Positions 26,703 through 32,000 of a DNA stretch of 32,000 bases are shown here, in pieces. The stretch's first letter is position 1; each line of letters begins with the position of its first letter. Under the pieces are notes generated by a model, which worked only from the letters and a program-made list of their open reading frames with translations, had not been told where the DNA came from and searched no databases. Source of the stretch: Erysipelotrichaceae bacterium. GTDB taxonomy: Bacteria; Bacillota_I; Bacilli_A; Erysipelotrichales; Erysipelotrichaceae. The stretch covers positions 30,001-62,000 of the forward strand of contig JAUVVC010000003.1 of NCBI GenBank assembly GCA_030604855.1. Direction: 5' to 3'. Both the position numbers and the translations under genes were made by a program.

Positions 26703-28151
26703 ATGAATGAGAGCATTTATCAGTCAAGAGAAGAACTGTTGGAAATAGCTAAGAGTGCAATCGGGGAAAGGATTGGGAAGTATGACACAAGAAACAGACT
26801 TATTCCTGGGAAGGGCAAAGGAAAGATTGGTTTAGTTATTGAGGAAGGCTTGTTTCATAGAAAAGCTGACTCTAGTCAAAAGCCTGATTTTGATAATCTC
26901 GGTATAGAGCTAAAAGTAACTGGTTATCAATGGAAGAACAACAATAAGAAAGTTTCAGCCAAAGAGAGACTCGTAATTACAATGCTGGACTATTTTAATG
27001 ATGTAAATAAAGAGTTTAGAAACAGTAATGTCTATCATAAAATCGCGAAAATGCTTCTAATGCTCTACGAGCACGAACTAGATAAAAATGAGGCTGATTT
27101 CATATTAACGAATTACTTCATGTATGAGTTCGAGAATATAAGTGAGTTGGATAAGAGAATAATTATTAGGGATTACGATAACATTATACAGAAGATTTTA
27201 GATAATCAGGCCCATGAAATTTCCGAAGGGGACACTCTGTATTTAGGGGCATGCACTAAAGGGGAAAATAGTGGCTCAACTGTTGTAGTCAATGGTATAG
27301 AAGTTATGAGGAGAGCTTTTGCATTGAAACAGTCGTATATGACTTACTTGATGCGCAGCAGCATTTTCAAAAACTGGGGGAACAAAGAATCGTTCATTAA
27401 AGATTTAAACTTACTTAAAAAGAATACTCTTGAGGAGCTCGTTTATAAATCGTTTGAGCCCTTCATCTCTAAGAGCCTTACAGAAATTGATTCGATGTTT
27501 AATACTCAAGTTGACAGAAATCCCAAACAATATTTGAAAAGTTATGTTTCTAGAATGTTAAATGTCAAAGATAAAAATCTTGAGAGTATTGATGAATTTT
27601 TAAAAGCTAACATTCAAGTTAAAACGATAAGACTTTCAAGAATTGGTGAAATTAAAGAGAGTATGTCTTTTCCTAATTTTGATTTCATTCAGTTATCTGA
27701 GGAGTCTTGGGAGGAGTCTGTTACACGAGATATGTTTGAAGTGAGTAAATTTCTCTTTGTTGTTTTTGATGAGGTTAATGATTCAAAAAAAGAGTATAAA
27801 TTAAGAAAAGTCTTGTTCTGGAATATGCCTACATCTATATTGGATGGAGAAGTTCGTGAAGTTTGGGAATCAACCAAACAGATTCTAAATTCCGAAATCC
27901 GAGTAAGTGTTAAGAACAAAAGGTTTTTGAATAATTTCCCCTCATCTAAAAACAATCCTGTAGCACATGTTAGACCCCACGGAGTAAATAGTCTTGATGT
28001 CTACGAACTACCTTCTACATGTAAGATTAGAGTTATGAGTAATGATGGAACGAAAGATATTGAAGACTTTATTAATCGTCATGTCTTCACTAAGCAAAGC
28101 TTTTGGCTAAATAATAAATACGTGCTAAGGGTGATTAATAACTTTAAATAG
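26703..28151 (+). CDS. type II restriction endonuclease, Sau3AI family (MutH-like catalytic domain; GATC expected)
   Basis: 482 aa. PDFDNLGIELKV fits the D...ExK MutH/Sau3AI site. Also has SAKERLVITMLDY, ISEGDTLYLGACTKGEN, RRAFALKQSYMTYL, ESMSFPNFDF, FLFVVF, AHVRPHG and TKQSFWLNNKY, which parallel Sau3AI as I recall it. Divergent from the MTase. Confidence 0.8.
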   Translation: MNESIYQSREELLEIAKSAIGERIGKYDTRNRLIPGKGKGKIGLVIEEGLFHRKADSSQKPDFDNLGIELKVTGYQWKNNNKKVSAKERLVITMLDYFNDVNKEFRNSNVYHKIAKMLLMLYEHELDKNEADFILTNYFMYEFENISELDKRIIIRDYDNIIQKILDNQAHEISEGDTLYLGACTKGENSGSTVVVNGIEVMRRAFALKQSYMTYLMRSSIFKNWGNKESFIKDLNLLKKNTLEELVYKSFEPFISKSLTEIDSMFNTQVDRNPKQYLKSYVSRMLNVKDKNLESIDEFLKANIQVKTIRLSRIGEIKESMSFPNFDFIQLSEESWEESVTRDMFEVSKFLFVVFDEVNDSKKEYKLRKVLFWNMPTSILDGEVREVWESTKQILNSEIRVSVKNKRFLNNFPSSKNNPVAHVRPHGVNSLDVYELPSTCKIRVMSNDGTKDIEDFINRHVFTKQSFWLNNKYVLRVINNFK

Positions 28152-28270
28152 CTGTGAAAATCCTAAATCAACTTATTTTCCAAAATAGTTATAAGCAGTG
28201 TAAGATGAATCTATACTGCTAATGTTCATATAGAACATCTCCCCTCAGCTCTTCGAGTTTCCAAGATTAA

Positions 28271-28292
28271 GCGCCCCATAATGGCGCTTTTT
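28271..28292 (+). terminator. rho-independent terminator
   Basis: GCGCC-ccataat-GGCGC followed by T5. Confidence 0.5.
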
Positions 28293-28353
28293 CTTTTCGT
28301 TATATTTTTATCTTTAAATGCATAGAATGGGGCATCACAAGGAGATTACGAAA

Positions 28354-28599
28354 GTGAAAAAAAGAAAACGAAGCGAAGTCCAAGGACCGCTCAGTTATGA
28401 CCAGGAAAAAGATTGTTTTACGATAGGAACACGAGAATTGAAGCATGGAACACCATTATTTGTATGTTTAGCCGTCGAAAAGGATGATTGAATGGTATAT
28501 GATTCGAGGATTAAAAAGTGTGAAAATGGGTGAGTTTTGGCGGATTTAGGCCGTCCAGCCGTCGATTTTCTCGGTCAGGTGTGTTTTTTACGTAGCTAA
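28354..28599 (+). CDS. hypothetical 81-codon protein, open only if TGA is read through (2 in-frame TGA)
   Basis: AAGGAG 28339-28344 lies 9 nt before GTG 28354. The frame runs to TAA 28597-28599 with TGA at 28489-28491 and 28531-28533 (...VEKDD*MVYDSRIKKCENG*VLADLGRPAVDF...). A strong terminator follows. Confidence 0.45.
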
Positions 28600-28606
28600 T
28601 GTTGCC

Positions 28607-28630
28607 AAAAGCGCAGAAGTGCGCTTTTTC
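28607..28630 (+). terminator. rho-independent terminator
   Basis: AAAAGCGCA-gaag-TGCGCTTTT (9 bp) followed by a T run. Confidence 0.65.
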
Positions 28631-29245
28631 TTTATGTAGTTTTTTTGTTTAGTTATGAAGCGTTGCGCACGAAACTATACTAAGAATGACTTTCGAAACC
28701 CGTCGAGCCGGGAAAAAGGCGCCACGGCGCCTTTCCCCCACATCTCCGGATATCGAAAATCATTGAAAAACGTAGACGGAAAGCGGGTTTAGTTTACTTT
28801 TCCTTGAACGTTATCTTCCGGTTAAGCTCCGCCGCTTCGTTTGTCGTTTTTCCGCTTCGCTTCAAAACACGAAGGCGTGCTCGCTTAACCGGTGCTCGAG
28901 CCGGGCCGAATGAATTCGGCTCTCGGCTTCCTATCGAGCGCCTTCCCCCAAAGTTCCACCGGTCCACGATAACGTGGACGCGCTGGTTGTTCGCTTGGAG
29001 GTCGTGGAACATCGCCGTAGGTTTACTCCGCTCGTGTGTCCGCCATTATGCGGACGCCACGTCGCCATGTGTGCGCAACGTTGCGCCGATGATGCCGTCT
29101 TCAGGTGTCGACTATAACGTCGACGACCTTACGACTTTGAGGAGCTTATGTTTCGCTAATCCAGGGGAAGCCCTAGGTGAAACCCACACGAAGTCCGAGA
29201 GTTTCGCCGTTAAATTTTCTTTTAAAAATCTGTTTGAAATCAGAT
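28631..29245. other. ORF-free, GC-rich, hairpin-dense region: candidate large structured RNA or replication/transfer origin
   Basis: No credible ORF in any frame, even with TGA read as sense. Contains a composite 75-nt hairpin closed by CCGGTTAAGC/GCTTAACCGG (28818-28892). GC-clamped stem-loops lie at 28715-28734, 28905-28920, 28962-28979, 29036-29057, 29073-29086 and 29103-29129. A module is duplicated at 28703-28740 and 28896-28950. Confidence 0.4.
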
Positions 29246-29258
29246 AGGAGGTCCAGAT

Positions 29259-29399
29259 ATGGAACACGCTTTGAATGGAGTCGACCTCATTTCGCTGCTG
29301 CTCTTTGGCGGTTCGAGATTAACTCAGGATGAAAAGAATGAACTTTTGGAAGTGTATTTGGAAAGCACAAACGTGCGGGAGGATTCTGAGAATGAGTAG
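29259..29399 (+). CDS. hypothetical 46-aa protein
   Basis: AGGAGG 29245-29250 lies 8 nt before ATG 29259. Ends in TAG. Confidence 0.5.
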   Translation: MEHALNGVDLISLLLFGGSRLTQDEKNELLEVYLESTNVREDSENE

Positions 29400-29427
29400 A
29401 GCTGGAGATTGAGAGATTAAAAAATGG

Positions 29428-29934
29428 ATGGATTCCGACATCAAGGCGGCGCAGTTGTTTAATTCTATTTGCAACGTTTCAGAGGAAGACGCCATGGCCT
29501 ACGCTGGTATCAGCGCAACGCGCTTAAAGACACTGGCGAACATCCATTACCTTGAGCGGAAGATTGATAAAAAAGGAAACTACTATTACCGGACGACCAT
29601 AGAAGGACGAAAAGAATTCGAGAAGAGGTCCGGAATAAGAGGCTATTTTTCAAACAGCTACGCACACGATAAGGCCCTATATGATGTCTATACGAGTTTA
29701 AGCGAAGAAGAGCAGAACAGCTGAATGACGGAACGCGAACAACGTCAATACGCCGAAGACCACGGGTATGAAATTGAGGATACGTCGGTGTGCGACGGAG
29801 CGTATCGCGACAGTGAAACAGGTGAGATGGTCTATGTGGAAATTATTACATCTGACTATACCGATAAAATGAAAGAAGCCAAGGCTAAATATGCTGAGGT
29901 TATGGGAGGCCGATATGACCAGCATTCAATCTAA
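29428..29934 (+). CDS. hypothetical wHTH-like protein, 168 codons with one in-frame TGA (replication-relaxation-like layout, tentative)
   Basis: Track ORFs 29428-29724 and 29725-29934 are in the same frame, separated only by TGA 29722-29724 (...SLSEEEQNS*MTEREQRQY...). N-terminal ...ISATRLKTLANIHYLERKIDKKGNYYYRTTIEGRKEF looks like a winged helix. The C-terminus has D...E motifs (CDGAYRD...VYVEIITSDY). Ends in TAA. Confidence 0.45.
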
Positions 29935-31339
29935 GAATACAAAATACGACAAGGATGCCGTAAAGAGACTCGTGGAAGCGAAAAGAGGGGGATTGCTCGT
30001 TGAACAACTCTATGAAGCGATACCCGAAAATGAACGTCCTTCTCGAAGCTATTTCTTGGAATTCTTAAAAAATATCAAAGGGGTTTACACGAGCCAATAT
30101 GATGTCTTTAAAAATCGATTCTTCGTCTCGACCCTTCACAATAAAGATTTATTAGCCAAACGAAGATTACTTGTTATGCTCGCAGCGTGAGAGAAAGAGA
30201 ATGGACGTCCAGCGAGCTGGTTCGTCGAACCCGGCGGATTGCCCAATAAATACAAAGAACTCATTCTTAGAATGGCGGAGAGACCCGGACCGTATCGAAA
30301 CGGAGGAAGCGTGAATCTCGAGGAGAGCTTCATCTGGATGTCCTATTTTGCCGGACAACAAAAAATGGCACTCAAGAAAAGAAACACCCCAAAGCCAAAG
30401 CCCGAAATGATTCTGGAGTTGGGCGACGGAATGGTGATAGATTTAAGCGATGATAATGAGGTTATTTCGCTCGATAACGAAAACAAAGTTTATATTGGGA
30501 AAAACAGCAAATGGGGAAACCCTTTCGAGAGCGGTGGCATATGGACCGATACCGAATGTAAAGAACTTTACCCCGCTCACTTCTGGAGTAGCAATCTATA
30601 CGACGAACTCGATGAGCTCATCAATAAGAGACTTTACGTCCACACAGGCGAGGATGAGTTCCACGGCCAATTCCTACGTGACATGATTAAAGAGAAGGCG
30701 GCGGGGAACAAGCCCGGACCGACCATTCCCCCGATACATCTCTACAACCTTCACCGAAGAAAGATATACCTTGAAATCGTTAAAGATAAAGAGAACCCTA
30801 AAAAAATAGGGAAGCTAGTCTTCCATATGTTCGATGTTGAGGATGACCTGACTTTTGAGAAAGTCATTGCTTGTCTAAAGACCATTTTCGAATTTATGAC
30901 CTACCATGAGATTTTAAGACCGTTCTCAATCAACATCTACACCTGAAATGAGAAGAAGCGGGACCTTTACAAAGAACGTTTCCGGATTTCTCTTAAAGCG
31001 ATACTTCGAAAGAAATTCCATACGGCCGGACTCAATGTCGATGCCACATTCCGAAGATACTTGAAAGACATCTACGACGAGGCCTTTAAAGGCTATAATT
31101 TCATTGATTTAAATATCGACAGATTCTTATACGAGAAGGGGAAAGAATATTGAACGAAGGGGAACAACCTAAACCTACTGGAATATGCTGGTGAAGACTG
31201 GCGAGACCACGTAAAAAAGGACCCAAACAAGGCGAAATTCGAGGATTTAAGCAATCAGGCGAGTATTAACCTGTCCCAGTCCGAAAACGAGGCAAAAAAC
31301 GCCTTAAATGAGGATGACGAATATTTCGATTTAGGGTAA
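29915..31339 (+). CDS. composite 474-codon reading frame with three in-frame TGA; central DUF4326-like motif
   Basis: GGGAGG lies 6 nt before ATG 29915. One frame stays free of TAA/TAG until TAA 31337-31339, with TGA at 30188, 30944 and 31151. The two segments after 30946 contain no ATG at all. The motif VYIGKNSKWGNPF resembles the DUF4326 signature. This may be more than one gene. Confidence 0.45.
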
Positions 31340-31376
31340 AATAGAAGAGACTTCCCCCCGAAGTTATAAGTAGTTG

Positions 31377-31406
31377 AGAAGCGCAATAATAGGCGCTTTT
31401 CTTTTT
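31377..31406 (+). terminator. rho-independent terminator
   Basis: AAGCGC-aataatag-GCGCTT followed by TTCTTTTT. Confidence 0.6.
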
Positions 31407-31411
31407 GCCAT

Positions 31412-31444
31412 AAAAAAAGCCGATATTATTCGGCTTAATTTTAT
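31412..31444. terminator. bidirectional terminator between convergent units
   Basis: A7 then AAGCCGA-tattat-TCGGCTT then AATTTT. Confidence 0.55.
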
Positions 31445-31548
31445 CGAGTGAAAATGTAGATGAGTGAAATGATGAAGAGTGCTGCATTGATGATACGACT
31501 GAATTTCTTGTCGATTCTTCGGAAGTTTTCGAGTTCTTCTTTATTCAT
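31441..31548 (-). CDS. possible 35-aa tail-anchored membrane peptide
   Basis: [35 protein letters not shown]. Overlaps the upstream (minus-strand) gene end by 8 nt. Ends in TAA. Confidence 0.35.
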   Translation of the reverse strand: MNKEELENFRRIDKKFSRIINAALFIISLIYIFTR

Positions 31549-32000
31549 AGAAGGCATCCGCGTTAACACCGAAGGCAGCGGCAGCAGCTTGGTATGCTGA
31601 TAGCTGGCCGGCTGGAACGGAAATTGTGTTCGTTGTTAGATTGTTGTTTTCTTGGAAGATATTCGCTCCGAATAGTGCTGGCAATTCGCCATTGAATGCA
31701 ACAGAGGTTAATTGGTTGTGTGCGAACGCACCTTCCCCAACTTCTATTACGCTGCTTGGAATAATGATTGATGTTAATTGATTTCCGGTGAATGCGTGAT
31801 ATCCAATTCACACTACACTGCCCGGAATTTCGACCGAAGTAAGTTCGTTGTTTTGAAAGGCACCACCACTAATCATTATAATCCCATCCGGAATGGACAC
31901 CGAGGTCAATTTGTTATTGGCAAAAGCATTGACACCAATATCTACAACGCTGTCGGGGATTACCACCGAAGTCAATTGGTTATCGGCGAATGCACTACCA
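31541..32000 (-). CDS. BspA-type leucine-rich-repeat protein, C-terminal part (N-terminus beyond window), one in-frame TGA
   Basis: Minus-strand frame anchored on TAA (31541-31543) reads [22 protein letters not shown] / [22 protein letters not shown] / [21 protein letters not shown] / [22 protein letters not shown] / [10 protein letters not shown].... The TGA at 31808-31810 sits inside an otherwise perfect 22-residue repeat. Confidence 0.7.
31715..32000 (-). repeat. 66-nt (22-codon) tandem periodicity of the LRR coding region
   Basis: The Asn codon of N-x-L-T-S recurs at 31715, 31781, 31847, 31913 and 31979. Confidence 0.7.

Larger units (their letters stand above)
25060..32000. mobile_element. 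putative integrated mobile element / prophage-like island (partial; right end beyond window)
   Basis: Begins at the 3' end of tRNA-Thr. Base composition and gene content change abruptly. Carries an R-M module. No GATC was found here, whereas it is frequent in 1-25059. In-frame TGA codons occur only here. No integrase is in view. Confidence 0.6.

Noticed and set aside
25097-28333. ATGGGGCAT on both sides of the R-M module as possible att-like direct repeats
   Set aside because: It is only a 9-mer. In 32 kb, hundreds to thousands of 9-mer coincidences are expected by chance, and the flanks do not extend the match.
28794-29247. Track ORFs 28804-29247 (+, 147 aa) and 28794-29012 (-, 72 aa) inside the GC-rich region
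   Set aside because: Both are Arg/Ser/Leu/Cys-rich with no SD or sensible start, and they overlap each other on opposite strands. A third frame is open as well. This is what GC-rich palindromic non-coding DNA produces when stop codons are AT-rich, so I treated the region as non-coding.
28489-31810. Selenocysteine as the explanation for the in-frame TGAs
   Set aside because: There are seven TGAs in 3.7 kb across unrelated proteins, including a structural repeat. No redox-type Cys/Sec context or recognisable SECIS hairpin lies directly downstream of each, and no selA/selB/selC is in view.
31563-31811. Track ORF 31563-31811 (-, 82 aa)
   Set aside because: It is out of frame with the clearly periodic LRR reading frame that spans the same bases, and its sequence is Arg/Cys/Ser-rich nonsense. 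The LRR frame with one TGA is the real one.

Overview
The window has two parts. Bases 1-25059 look like ordinary chromosome of a low-GC Gram-positive-type bacterium that uses the standard code, since at least six genes end in TGA, several as ATGA or TGATG overlaps. This part carries the following, in order. (1) A nucleoside uptake and catabolism operon: ABC ATPase tail, two permeases, two tandem IUNH nucleoside hydrolases, an amidohydrolase-type deaminase, an ADP-ribosylglycohydrolase-family protein and ribokinase. (2) A TetR-controlled three-gene operon with a perfect paired operator. (3) An ECF sigma / anti-sigma pair. (4) Several redox genes, including a thioredoxin-reductase-like gene followed by a two-CxxC thioredoxin-fold gene. 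(5) A scar where an IS30 fragment abuts a 15-codon higB remnant next to an intact higA. (6) Four clustered tRNAs, a CDF transporter, a decayed ABC-F-like fragment, and an ABC-2 exporter whose ATPase is split by one in-frame TAG. After tRNA-Thr(CGU), which ends at 25059, the sequence changes character through to 32000. It starts with an AT-rich Sau3AI-type (GATC) restriction-modification pair, followed by a GC-richer module. In that module every long reading frame is interrupted only by in-frame TGA (seven cases on both strands), while all real gene ends are TAA or TAG. I found no GATC in these ~6.9 kb, against about one per 150 bp in the flanking chromosome. The module also holds a ~0.6 kb ORF-free, hairpin-dense region. 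My best reading is a partial integrated mobile element or phage that reads TGA as a sense codon, avoids GATC, and carries a candidate structured RNA or origin. No CRISPR array or rRNA was seen.
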